A stretch of 63,266 nt of DNA, filler included, from Octopus bimaculoides (GCF_001194135.2; 6 parts of 5 records of this genome joined end to end with filler, not necessarily neighbours in it), one strand, 5' to 3'. Counted from the whole stretch's first letter, positions 24,682-37,304 are shown. Translations and numbers: made by a program. Notes: generated by a model not told the origin, from the sequence alone.

Positions 24682-25219
24682 AAGAAGAAGAAGAAGAAGA
24701 AGAAGAAGAAGAAGAAGAAGAGGAAGGAGAGTATTATTTGATGCCATTGGTATTGTAACTAATAGAACGCCTAAAATATGTGACCTTGCCACAGAATGAG
24801 TGATAGAGACGTATACGACTTACCTTTGCAGAGAACTCCTACATGGCCGACAACTGTTGTTGGTATATATATATATGTATTTATGCACACTTGCTTGAAT
24901 ATGGTAGTAAGACGGGAGGCGAAATTACATTGAATCGCAAGTCGGGGGCTACAATTATCTCTTCGTTTTAACACTAAGCAAATTCAAGTTAAGAGCTTTT
25001 CATTCCACCTGTAATAGTAGACAATAAGAGTAGTATTGTTTCTAATATAGGTAAAAAAAAATATTATAATATTAATAATACATATGTATAAAGCACAACA
25101 ACGTCAAAAATATCAATGAGAACATCATTACTACCACTACACAAACCACCAACACCAACAACACCAACACCAACAGCGTCATCAACAACAATAATAGTGA
25201 TATTATTATTATCATTATT

Positions 25220-25354
<135 letters not shown>

Positions 25355-25707
25355 GCTTACAGTGATGCGAAGCTTTTGGCAAGTTGAGTTAGTTTCTCCC
25401 CAGTGATACAACACAACGCCTGCAGTATTTAATGTTGCTACTGTTACTACCAAAAGAACCAAGTGCCTTCTGGCATTAAATTAACCACTGGTGTAGTTAT
25501 TGTTGTTGATTTGGTATTGGAGATATTGGCATTGGTGTTGGTGTTGGTGTTGGTGGTCGTGGTGGAGGAGTAGGTGGTGGTCGTAGTAACAGCGGGGGTT
25601 TGTAAACATAGAAAAATTATATACGTGCACATTGTATTTCCCAACAGATATCTGTCTGCCAAAATACACTGACATAAGACTATTGATATTATCAGCATTA
25701 TTATTAT

Positions 25708-25910
25708 TGGCAGCAGGGTGGTAAAGCGCCAAACTAAATGCCCTGTGGCTATTTTACTTACATCCTCCTACATTCTGAATTTTAAAAAACCCCACTGGAG
25801 TTGACTTCGCCTTTCATCCGTCATAGGTCGATAAAATAAGTACCAAACAATCAATTGTCTGTAGTCTCTTAAAAAAAGTATGTGGTCTGGTGTTAACGTA
25901 AAAGAAATCA
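25708..25910 (+). mobile_element. Degenerate SINE family 1 copy
   Basis: GTTGACTTCGCCTTTCATCC...GGTCGATAAAATAAGTACC. Confidence 0.65.
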
Positions 25911-26236
25911 TTACCATTATTGGCGGAGGATTGAGTTGTTGGTGAGAACTGAGTTTCTGGGTTGTCGCTAACAGTTTATATTTAGGGTGTTATTGTAAGG
26001 GCCTTTTTATTAAGTGTTTACTTATATATCTCTGGTTAATTGTCCTTAGGGCTGGTGCTTAAGTGCATCTGGAAGGAACTTGTGCATTAGAGGTATATTG
26101 GCCAAAATCATTCCCCCCGGTAGACAGCAGTAGAAATATAGGGCTTACACAGGACAATAACGATAATATCCCTGTGGAATATTGACTTAACATAAAGAAT
26201 TGATAATTTGGGTAATTTCATTCATCTCTACTATAT

Positions 26237-26282
<46 letters not shown>

Positions 26283-26753
26283 ACTTGCTTGCTCGCAAAA
26301 CTTGCGAGTGAATATACCCCAGCACATATATACACAGTGCATTTTATTCAAATGTATGTGGAACAAATATCCCTTATACTCGTCTGTTTTTAAAGACTGT
26401 ATATGTGCTTAAATGCAAGAACATGCATAGCATACATCTTCGTTTTACATACACACATACAGACAGGCGAACAGGCGAAGACATACATGCACGGGCACAC
26501 ACGTAATTACATATATACGAGTGAGAAAGTAGAACTCAACACATGTGTTTGGACCGTATATATTTAACAACAAGTTTGCTCAGCTTCTCATTATTTAAAA
26601 GTTTCATGGACGTAAAACACGTTCACATCACCAGACGCTCTGCATCCATGAGGACCTAAGACACATTTTTATTAAATATATCTATGAGTGCTTGTCTCTA
26701 TACATATATGTATTTGTATATATATATATATGTGTGTGTGTGTGTATACACGC

Positions 26754-26792
<39 letters not shown>

Positions 26793-28857
26793 NNNNNNNN
26801 NNNNNNNNNNNNNNNNNNNNNNNNNNNNNNNNNNNNNNNNNNNNNNNNNNNNNNNNNNNNNNNNNNNNNNNNNNNNNNNNNNNNNNNNNNNNNNNNNNNN
26901 NNNNNNNNNNNNNNNNNNNNNNNNNNNNNNNNNNNNNNNNNNNNNNNNNNNNNNNNNNNNNNNNNNNNNNNNNNNNNNNNNNNNNNNNNNNNNNNNNNNN
27001 NNNNNNNNNNNNTTGGAAATATTTTATTACATTCTGATATTTTGTGGATAAAGTGATTTTCTGTGCTGATGTAACTTAAATCACTCTACATCTTTGTTCT
27101 TTAGGTTTTTTTTTTTTTTAGCATTGCGAGAGTTTTGAAATCTTAGCTATTTTAGGACATATTCCTTTAACTAGAGTTGAGAGAGAGTATATTTTGCACT
27201 TGCGGAGGAACACCGGTACTTGTTAAACCTGCCGCAGTGTCAGGTCTTGCAAGAATGATTCAGCAGAAAACAACATTTTTTTTTTTGTATAGTTCACATT
27301 CTAACAAACGTCTTCGCATTCTAGCTGTAAAATATGACCTTTGTTTCTGTACGATCAGCTTTACTTGCCATACATATTCTCAGCATTCACTCTGATATAT
27401 GTCACTGCTAGTTTAGAAATTATGTATCTGATTAAAATCTTCAATAGCATATAAGTTATTGCATCACTTTTTAAATTACTTGACCGCTATATTTGTATAG
27501 CAAAACTAAGCTCATTTTTATCTTAGGTGGTTACTGCATTTCTGTGTAACTTTATATCTAAGCAGAAAGATCTAACCTTGTGCTTGATATAATCAACATA
27601 TAAAATTATACGTTGCATAATCCAATTTATATGACAATATTTTATCTTGGTATATAAGACAAATCTATATCATAATAGAGCATCTTATTGTGAATGTTAA
27701 TTATTTTTTGTTGACTGCTAAATTAGAAACACTAGCTTGACAATAGACAATAATATTTTTGCAATGTACTGCTTGTTTCAAATGTGTTTTTAAGCGGTGT
27801 AGTAACATGCCAAAAACAAAATAGAATCATTGGAATGCAGACGAAACTTACCAATGCTATATGTTATCTGTTACCTTCTGTAAAATATGTTGCTTGACAG
27901 CTTTTTGCGAAGTAGATTATTGATAAAGAAAAACGAATAAATAGGAAATGGATTGATGCATGCAATGAGAAAATTTCGGTTCTCACAGGAGCAGAAAACG
28001 TTAGAATAACGGTAGAAAACACATAAAAAGCGTAATTATGTCCCGATAGTCCATCATTGAGAAAAGGTTCTGTAAAAACTTCGATTTCAAAATCCGACAT
28101 GACTTCCTAATGTATTTAATCGATAATGTTAATAATTGGGAATAATGTGTATTTGAAAACTGTAGTCCACTATTGGTGATTTATTCAGATATAAGATAGA
28201 ATTTACCTCTGTAGCGAAAGCTAGATCTCTTCTAGAACTATTTACATACACAGAGAATGCTGTTATTGAGTTTTTCAGGAATTGAAAGGTATAATACAAG
28301 TCTTCTTTTGAAGATACCAATCAAAAGAGGAAAACTTAACTATGGAACATTTGAAAGGCTATTCAATGAAGTTCACAAATTATCGAAAGTTTGAGGAATA
28401 CCTGATACAATAGANNNNNNNNNNNNNNNNNNNNNNNNNNNNNNNNNNNNNNNNNNNNNNNNNNNNNNNNNNNNNNNNNNNNNNNNNNNNNNNNNNNNNN
28501 NNNNNNNNNNNNNNNNNNNNNNNNNNNNNNNNNNNNNNNNNNNNNNNNNNNNNNNNNNNTATATATATATATATATTTCCCCATCATTCTAGATCTTTCA
28601 AAAACAAGCCACCTACTATGATTCTAAATATGCTAAAAATATGATTGATAGTTTGATAGTTGTTTTACATTACAAAAAGGATTAATGGTCTATTTGTTTT
28701 ATAATATTTTTACGTAGTTGATACAACGAGGCACTTTTGTCATCTCTAATAATATTAATCGCGTATTATATACTCTGTTGGGCTGTTGCTTACCGTTTCT
28801 GTGTAAAATACAGAATATATTACTAATATTATTACTGAGTGAGAGAGCAGTGTATGC

Positions 28858-28945
<88 letters not shown>

Positions 28946-28976
28946 ATCATCATCATCATCATCATCATTATTATTA

Positions 28977-29019
<43 letters not shown>

Positions 29020-29030
29020 TATTATTATTA

Positions 29031-29067
<37 letters not shown>

Positions 29068-29639
29068 GCTCATATCCTCCTAGACCTTTATTTATACTGT
29101 AATATCTATTACATGTAAATGAACATGCCACAAATGTTTGTTCGTATTCTACATGTTTTATAACATTGCTCTCATATTGTATATTTTTTAAATGTATAAA
29201 CTAACTTTAATCTATATGAACATGTGTTACCTTAATTGTTATTTATTGTATCATTATCTACACAGTTTTCTCATTCGACGGAACAAAATGTATGATTGAT
29301 TATAAAATGTGAGGCTGCAGATTTTTTTTAAATGTCAAATTTACTGGCAATTTCGGAAAATAGCTTGCTAAAGAGTAAGAATTGAGTCATACATGTTTGC
29401 TTCTACCCTGCAAAATCACAGAAAAAAAACAATCATGCCACTGGGGTGTGATGCATATCGAAGTTCTATCAACCTCACATCTAACCAAACATTGTTGTTA
29501 AGAGTAAGAAAATTACAGGGTTACGTGTTTATCCTCGTCAATGCTAAAACATTTATCACTGTTACCAAGCATCCGTCCTCTATATATTGCTGAAGAGGAA
29601 AATCCATCTATCACAATACCCGACTTTAAAAGGCTATGA

Positions 29640-30110
29640 GCGACTGACGATACTCCGGATACCAGACACGCAATTTTGGTATTTTCTTGACCCAGGCCTA
29701 CAGCTAGGTCAATGAATTGAACTGCAGAAAAACGTGCTTAAAAATCGACACCACAGCTGCTCACTGCCCAGGAAACTCTGCAGGTGATGCAGCAAGTACA
29801 TACCTGAGTATCAGAAACCACAGCATGCTGAGCCCGTCTTCTACGGGATGCTGGTAAAACCTGGACCTCCTGACAAATGGAACGCTACTATTAAGAAAAT
29901 GCCGAATAGCAGATGCTCCCAGTTTGGCCAGACAGAGTTTGATGGTTTGACTGTAAGTTACAACGGAGACGATGTAGGCATTCACCACATCTTCTCGACC
30001 TTTCAACCCATTTCTGGGTAAGGCGATTCACCCTGGTCATAATCTCGTCTATTGAGACGAAATTAAGTCCAACTCACCTGGAGTGGTCTGTCTGCCTAGT
30101 GACCGGATTC
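29640..30110 (-). mobile_element. Tx1/L1-like LINE ORF2 fragment
   Basis: DEIMTRVNRLTQKWVER, KGREDVVNAYIVSV, VPFVRRSRFYQHPVEDGLSM match Tx1-type post-RT motifs (LSLxGR, PxxxGGLG). Confidence 0.7.
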
Positions 30111-30461
30111 TAATTTAGGCACAAAGACAGCAGTTCTTGACTGGTGCCATATCATATTCTATGAACTCCGAAATAACGAAAGTTGGTGGTTTTGGAATCC
30201 TAAGAGCAGCGCAAAGCGTTCTTTCTGACCCTTTAACGATTCTACCAATTCACTGCAATAGTAATAGCACTACTACTACTACCACCACCACCACCACCAA
30301 CACCACCACCACCGTCACTACTACTACTACTACTATATTACTGCTATTAATAATGATTGCTTTTATGTGCCACCTTAGCGAAGCATTTGGAGAACGATAC
30401 AAAGACAGACATCAAGTAATGACGACGATGATGACGCTTTCAAAGTCTTCGCACAATGCCA

Positions 30462-30640
30462 CTAATTTTGAGGGTAAGGGATTGGTCAATACTATTGGCC
30501 TCAGTATTTAACCGGTACTTTATTTACCGACCCGGAAAGAATGAAAGGCAAGGCTGGTCTCGGCGAAATATGAACTCGGAATGTAAAGTATCAGAGCCAT
30601 TTTTTCTCCAACCATTTTGTTCGACGCTCAAACGACTGGC
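30462..30640 (-). mobile_element. Diverged SINE family 1 copy
   Basis: CCGGTACTTTATTTACCGACCCGGAAAGAATGAAAGGC. Confidence 0.75.
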
Positions 30641-30674
30641 TCTCTCTAATAATAACAACATCAACAACAATAAC

Positions 30675-30742
<68 letters not shown>

Positions 30743-30745
30743 TAA

Positions 30746-30801
<56 letters not shown>

Positions 30802-31009
30802 GTAATAAAAATAATAATAATAAACAGTAATGTTTGGAGCCATAGAGCCACAGAAGTTGAAAAGCATGTGGAGGAAGGGTCTATGGGAATACAAGACCAA
30901 CCAAATGAAAAGCTTACTGTGTTGAAGCAGGAAAATACAGAAGAAACAGTAGAAACCAAAAACAGTGGTTATATATATTCTACTATATTACTAGGCGGAC
31001 CAATATTCT

Positions 31010-31172
31010 ATGAAAAGATGTCTGGTCATGGAAAGATATTAACTTGCATGAACAAGTGAGAGTTGGCAACCGAAAGGACATTCGGCCGTAGAAAAATCCG
31101 TCTCAACAAATTGCATTCGACACATGCAACCATGGAAAAGCGGCTGTTAGATAGATGATGATGATGATGATG
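31010..31172 (+). mobile_element. 3' part of a further SINE-like repeat ending in (GAT)n
   Basis: GGACATTCGGCCGTAGAAAAATCC...CATGGAAAAGCGGCTGTTA then GATGATGAT; family not assigned. Confidence 0.5.
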
Positions 31173-31234
31173 TTTGTGTGCGCGTGCGCGCGATTGTTCA
31201 TTTATCTTCTACTTGTCTCGATCATTAGACTACG

Positions 31235-31612
31235 GCCGGGATGGAGAACTGCCTTGAAAATGTTTTTTACTCAACCAAATCGACTCCAATACATTTTTGA
31301 GCCTAGTATTTATTTTATCCTCTCTTTTCACCGCTAAGTTACGGACACATAAACAAAACTACATCGGTTGCCAGGCGGTGATGGGAGTCAAAAGCACAAA
31401 AACACATACACACATATATACATATACATATGTGTGTGTATGTGTGTGCGTGTGTGTGTGTGTTCAACAGGCTTCTCTCAGTTTCCGTCTAACAAATCTA
31501 CTTGCATAACTTTGGTCAGCCCGGGGTTCTAGGAGACATTCGCTCAAGGTGTCAAGCAGTGGGACTGAATCTTAAATGATGTGGTTGAGAAGAAGACTTT
31601 TTACACATAGCC
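31235..31612 (-). mobile_element. SINE family 2 with internal microsatellite, diverged
   Basis: Same two-part layout as 37305-37697. Confidence 0.72.
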
Positions 31613-32354
31613 ATATTATATTATATTATATTTTATTATATCATAACATATTATATCATATTATACTGAAATTAACAACACACAAGGTATTGCTCTCCCC
31701 GAGGTTATGATAGAAGAAATTTGGTAAGAAATTCTGTGCAATGGGATCTAACCTTGAACCAAATGGTTGCGAAGCAACTTTTTTAACACAGTCAACGCTA
31801 CGTCTACAAGTAGACAAATGAATGGAAAAGTATCAAGTTATTTACGGGGAGTAGAACACAAGTTGAATACTTACACATGCAAAAGATAAATATGTAAACT
31901 TACGAATCTCTTAACCGTACTAGCCCCTCTCTCGTAGCCACTTCCATTAAAAGGTACCTCCCAAAGACAGTAGGAGCTATTTAGAGATAGAATTTGACAG
32001 CGCGATTAATCTTCGCTATATAAAAGAGCTACGTAAACTTAATAAGCTGTTAATCCGACTATATCCTCATTTCTAATAAATGGCACATCTCAAAGAAAGT
32101 AGCTAGTATATAGATATACATTCTGACAACCTGATTAGCTTCAAATCGCACTGATATTATCATCAAAGGCCAAAAGATATACCGTGAACTTTGAAATGAT
32201 ATGTTATGCTAAACGAACACAAACATTGCAGTTAAGGTAAGCTGAAAAGATTTCATAACAGTAATGTTTCTCTTCGTTCGGCATATCATGACATAGTCAC
32301 TCGTAGATAGAAGCCAATGTTTTAATGTTGGAAGCAATTATAATAATAATAATA

Positions 32355-32414
<60 letters not shown>

Positions 32415-32427
32415 AAGAAGAAGAAGA

Positions 32428-32790
32428 ATTGCTAACACAGCGGGCAAATTGCTTAGCGGCGTTTAGTCCGTCTTTATATTCTGAGATCAAATTCCGCCGA
32501 AGTTGGCTTTGCCTTTCATCTTTTCGGGATCGATAATATAAGGACGAGTTGAGCACTGGGGTCGATGTATTCGATTAGTCCTTCCTTCCTTCCAAGGTCG
32601 ACTTGCGAGTAGCTGTCTGTCTTTCTTTCTTGTTTTGTTTTTTTTCGACATCAATGTTGCCGGACATTTTAAAGTCAAACCACACATCTAGTCCTTTCAT
32701 CCAAGGTCGACTTGACCTTCCATACTTTCGGAGTCGATAAAGTAAGTACCAATGCAGCACTGGAGACGATGCTATCGACTAGTCTTATAG
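32428..32790 (+). mobile_element. Two SINE family 1 pieces separated by an ~85-bp insert
   Basis: Head and body to ~32605, second body from ~32690. Confidence 0.7.
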
Positions 32791-32811
32791 TATATGCTTA
32801 TAGTACAAAGG

Positions 32812-32871
<60 letters not shown>

Positions 32872-33050
32872 GCGTGTGTATTATGAACTCACTTTATTAT
32901 TAAAGCTTCTTTTATTATCCCTACATGGAGAAAAACATGATTCACTTGAAGAGGATTTCACCTCCGAACCCTATTCAGCGATACAAACCATCATTCTAAT
33001 GTTTGTGATACGCAAATAATAACAACAAAAGCAACAAAAACAACAACAGC

Positions 33051-33103
<53 letters not shown>

Positions 33104-33120
33104 TAATAATAATAATAATG

Positions 33121-33184
<64 letters not shown>

Positions 33185-33214
33185 TATTAATGGTTCCAAA
33201 TGTAGGCTGTCTAC

Positions 33215-33330
33215 ACTTTTTAGCCTTGAGAGTTAGTCAATGTCATCGACTTCAGTAATTTGTTGACTGGGACTTTAGTTTATTGACCTCGAAATGGGGA
33301 ATGAAAGGCATCGCCTTAACGGTTCTACTA
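33215..33330 (-). mobile_element. Degenerate SINE family 1 fragment
   Basis: TTATTGACCTCGAAATGGGGAATGAAAGGC. Confidence 0.5.
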
Positions 33331-33368
33331 GCCTAGAGCCTACTGCTACTACTACTGCTACAACTACA

Positions 33369-33434
<66 letters not shown>

Positions 33435-33476
33435 TGCACTGATGCAGTACCAGGCATGCACTGCTCTCTCACTCAA
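33435..33476 (+). mobile_element. Mini form (joined ends) of the (AAT)n-associated element
   Basis: TGCACTGATGCAGTACCAGG fused to CATGCACTGCTCTCTCACTCAA inside (AAT)n. Confidence 0.85.
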
Positions 33477-33481
33477 TAATG

Positions 33482-33567
<86 letters not shown>

Positions 33568-34121
33568 TGCACTGATGCAGTACCAGACACTGCCTCTCAT
33601 GGTTTATAATCTTAACTGGTTAGAAGTGTTATCATGTACATTGCCTTGTCTTCGTATAAAAGATGAGCTACAGCAAATATTCTGCTTAATACCACAGATT
33701 TGCTCGTATGTTGCTTGACCTTAACCAGTTGAGCATGTCCCTTGGTGGCTGACGACATGTGCATCTCTGATCACGAGAGAAGTAGTGGGATAGCATCATA
33801 GCCATGTGATGAGAGGAATTCTGTGGGGTTTGGATAATTCACCTCTGGAAATGCGGGTGTTTTGTTCAACATACTCAAACAACCCTTATTCAGGAACCTT
33901 TTGATCGGGATGGGCTACTCGACCTGAAGAAAATTCTAACTGCGCCCCACCTGCGAGGTCATGCGCTTTTTAATTAGATATGAAATCACTATGTGGCACA
34001 CATATGGTTGTGATGCATGTGCATGGTGTACCCTTATCAGACGGGTAGTCATGATGGGTATACTGGGCTTCGTATATTTTACCCGTGTCAATTTGGTGGC
34101 ATGCACTGCTCTCTCAATCAC

Positions 34122-34122
<1 letters not shown>
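33568..34122 (+). mobile_element. Unclassified ~555-bp element embedded in (AAT)n, full length
   Basis: Collinear with 35698-36249; both ends abut (AAT)n. Confidence 0.88.
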
Positions 34123-34194
<72 letters not shown>

Positions 34195-34215
34195 AAGAAG
34201 AAGAAGAAGAAGAAG

Positions 34216-34246
<31 letters not shown>

Positions 34247-34332
34247 CTGGGAGTGGAATGATAGAGGAGGGAAGGCTAGGCGGATGTGGTGGAGTGGAGG
34301 GAAGGCTAGGCGGAGGAGGAGACGACGATGAC

Positions 34333-34570
34333 AAAATGCTTGCTAATCGAATTATTGTTCTGAACAGACGACAATACACGTCTAAAAGAAATTGGAAAAT
34401 GTTTCAAATATAATGATTTGGATGCAGAGTTAACTAGAATTGAGACTGAAAACTGAAACAGTACCTACAATAACGAGTGCATAAGGAATGATTAACAGAA
34501 AAACATGCAAATTAAACTTCAGGTGTTATACGCTACAGAGGAAAATACTGCCACTACACTCCATATACAA
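34333..34570 (+). mobile_element. R4/Dong-like RLE domain fragment
   Basis: KCLLIE..TDDNTRLKEIGKCFKYNDLDAELTR then LKTETVPTITSA*GMI resembles the R4-clade pattern D/E..P.D....KE.EK..KY.DL..E..R.W.L......GA.G. Confidence 0.7.
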
Positions 34571-34674
34571 TAGAAATACAAATCCAATGCAAAAACGTGT
34601 AGAGAATTGTCTAGTAATGTAGTAAAAGCATGCAATAGAAAAAAAGTTAGAGAATTAAAAAATTGTTTCAAATA

Positions 34675-34836
34675 TTAGCACAAGGCCAGCAATTTCGGGG
34701 AGGGGAAAATCGATTACATCCAATGGTGCTTATTTTATCGACCTCGGCGGAATTTGAGCTCACAACTTAAAGACGGATGAAATGGTGTTAAGCATTTTTG
34801 CCCGGCGTGCTAACGATTCTGCCAGCTCGCCACGCC
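34675..34836 (-). mobile_element. SINE family 1, B-type, internally deleted
   Basis: CACAAGGCCAGCAATTTC...GCCAGCTCGCC. Confidence 0.85.
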
Positions 34837-35637
34837 AGTGAACTAAATAATAATACTCCTAAAACTAAAAATGGAAATAAGGAAGGTGGGAGATATGAAA
34901 GTGAGGCAGTTCTAGTAATAATTGGAACACTATTATAAACAAAAACATGAAGAATAACATTAAAAAAGTCTGGCTACTCCCCACACAGTCCAAATATAGC
35001 CCTGTTATTTACTTACTTAAGCCCTTCGCCTTCTATATAGCATAAGGTATTGACTGCTTTTCTCTACTGTAGTTTTGTATCGTCATCGAGATTTTGTAAT
35101 TTTACTTCATTCTAGTGATCGGTATTAGCTCTACGCAAAGCTATTTTACCTCTGGAAAGACGTGATCCATATTAGTCGGTTATCCTTCCATTACCTTGTG
35201 CGCTGACATAGGTCTCGGGGATTTTAAGACACGCAAACAGTCACGTTGCAACAAGGACTGGACTTTTTGATGGATAGCCTTGTTATGGAAATCTAAATCA
35301 TATGCAAAATACTTCAAATTCCCTAGCACACATGTTAGAGTTGAGTTAGGGTAACTCCTTTTTTTACAACCATCGCTCACATTACATATATTCTACACAG
35401 CAAACATTCAAAACACCAAAATACTACCAAAAAAATAACGAAACAAATATCACAACAAAGTAAAGCATGTTTAGCATTGGAACTCTATTCTGCATCCCCA
35501 AAAGCGAATGTTGCATATAGTTCAGGAACACGATATTGCACTTGGTAGTGCAGTAGAAAATTAGCATGTAAGTGATAGAAAAGTTAATGATGAGGATGAG
35601 GATGAGGAGGAGAAGAGTGATGAGGATAGCTATAACA

Positions 35638-35697
<60 letters not shown>

Positions 35698-36249
35698 CGC
35701 CCAGATGCAGTACCAGGCAGTAACTCTCATGGCTTCTGATCTTAACTGATTAGAAGCGTTATCATGTACATTGTTTTGTCTTGCTATAAAAGATGGGCTA
35801 CAGCAAATATTCTGCTCAAACCACAGATTTGCTTGTCAGTTGTTTGACTATAACCAGTTGAGCATGTATGTACTTTAGTGGCTGATGATATGTGCATCTC
35901 TGATCACGAGCAGAAGTAGTGGGATAGCATCATAGCCATGTGCTGAGAGGAATTCTTTGGGGTTTGGATAATTCACATTTGGAAACGCGGGTGTTTCGTT
36001 CAACACACTCAAAAAACCCTTATTCAGGAACCTTTAGAGCGAGATGGGCGATTCGACATGAAGAAAATTCTAACTGGGCTCCACCTGCAAGGTCATGCGC
36101 TGTTTGATTACATATGAGATCACGATATCGCACACTTATGCATGTGCCTGGTGTACCCTTATCAGACGGATAGTCATGATGGGTATACTGGGCTTCGTAT
36201 ATTTTACCCCAGTGTCAATTTGGTGGCATGCACTGCTCTCTCACTCAAT
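35698..36249 (+). mobile_element. Unclassified ~552-bp element embedded in (AAT)n, full length
   Basis: Second full copy with the same termini. Confidence 0.88.
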
Positions 36250-36264
36250 GATAATAATAATAAT

Positions 36265-36396
36265 ATGCACACATTCTACGCAAAACACTTTCAATACAGT
36301 AAACATAAGAGCACCACAGCAAACCACAGCACATATCCAAGGCGCACAGAGCTGCGCTCGGTAGTGAAGTGAAAGCACGTTATAAAAATAAAACTA

Positions 36397-36399
<3 letters not shown>
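36265..36399 (+). mobile_element. R4/Dong-like 3' end (last codons, 3' UTR), 5'-truncated, in (AAT)n
   Basis: AHILRKTLSIQ* at 36267-36302, GCGCA/TGCGC hairpin 36342-36357, then (AAT)n. Confidence 0.7.
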
Positions 36400-36447
<48 letters not shown>

Positions 36448-36746
36448 AAGAAGAAGAAGAAGAAGAAGAAGAAGAAGAAGAAGAAGAAGAAGAAGAAGAA
36501 GAAGAAGAAGAAGAAGAAGAAGAAGAAAGAGGAGGAGGGGAGAAGAAGAAGAAGAAGAAGAAGAAGAAGAAGAAGAAGAAGAAGAAGAAAGAGGAGGAGG
36601 AGGAGGAGGAGCAGAAGAAGAAGAAGAAGAAGAAGAAGAAGAAGAAGAAGAAGAAGAAGAACAAGAAGAACAAGAAGAAGAAGAAGAAGAAGAACAAGAA
36701 GAAGAACAAGAAGAAGAAGAAGAAGAAGAAGAAGAAGAAGAAGAAA
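36400..36746. repeat. Compound (AAT)n-(AAG)n-(GGA)n tract
   Basis: Direct reading; similar AAT-to-AAG tracts at 32340-32428, 34122-34245, 40627-40823. Confidence 0.97.
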
Positions 36747-37304
36747 CAGAATTCCAGGAGAATTTAACGGGTTTTGTTTTCAATAAACCAAAAGCAAGAT
36801 AATAGCTAATTTCGATTCCAAGGGGAGCTTGTTCTGTAATTGGCATGCATGAACATATGGACTAAACAGAGAACATGCCGAAAGTTGAGAGCTGTGAAAG
36901 TGGTACCGGATGCCCTTACAGGCTGTGAATAGAATCCGAAATGAAAATTTCATTGATACAGACTCTACACAGTCTATAGAATCTCGGTTATACGTAGTCT
37001 ACAAAAACAAGATAATTTCAATGAGAGCTGAGATTAATCAAAACAGGAATAATTGACTGCAAAAAAAAAAAAGAATTCAGTGCAGCAAACACCAGACAGG
37101 ATGAATGTCATACACAAGAGGATAAAGGAATCTATTTTAGGATTTGAATATATCACATATCACGAAGCGGACTTTAAGAAAATATTCACCAAAAGGAGAT
37201 CTGACTCATTGGTATATCCATTTGTATCACCTATGAAGTCATCGATGAAATAGCCATGCAATAGTCATACGTGAATGTAATGAGAGAACAGGGGACCTGT
37301 GACA

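Noticed and set aside
27120-28330. AT-rich unique block with short ORFs faintly suggesting a decayed GPCR
   Set aside because: Motif matches are too weak and scattered over frames to support.
29586-29618. CUGAAGA-GGA AAA UCC with flanking UAUUG/CAAUA
   Set aside because: The essential GAAA is absent.
30825-30965. ORF end resembling the pre-RT region of R4 elements
   Set aside because: Similarity too loose to call without a profile search.
36750-37290. Possible LINE endonuclease relic and E-rich ORF 36443-36802
   Set aside because: The ORF is (GAA)n; the downstream similarity is not convincing.
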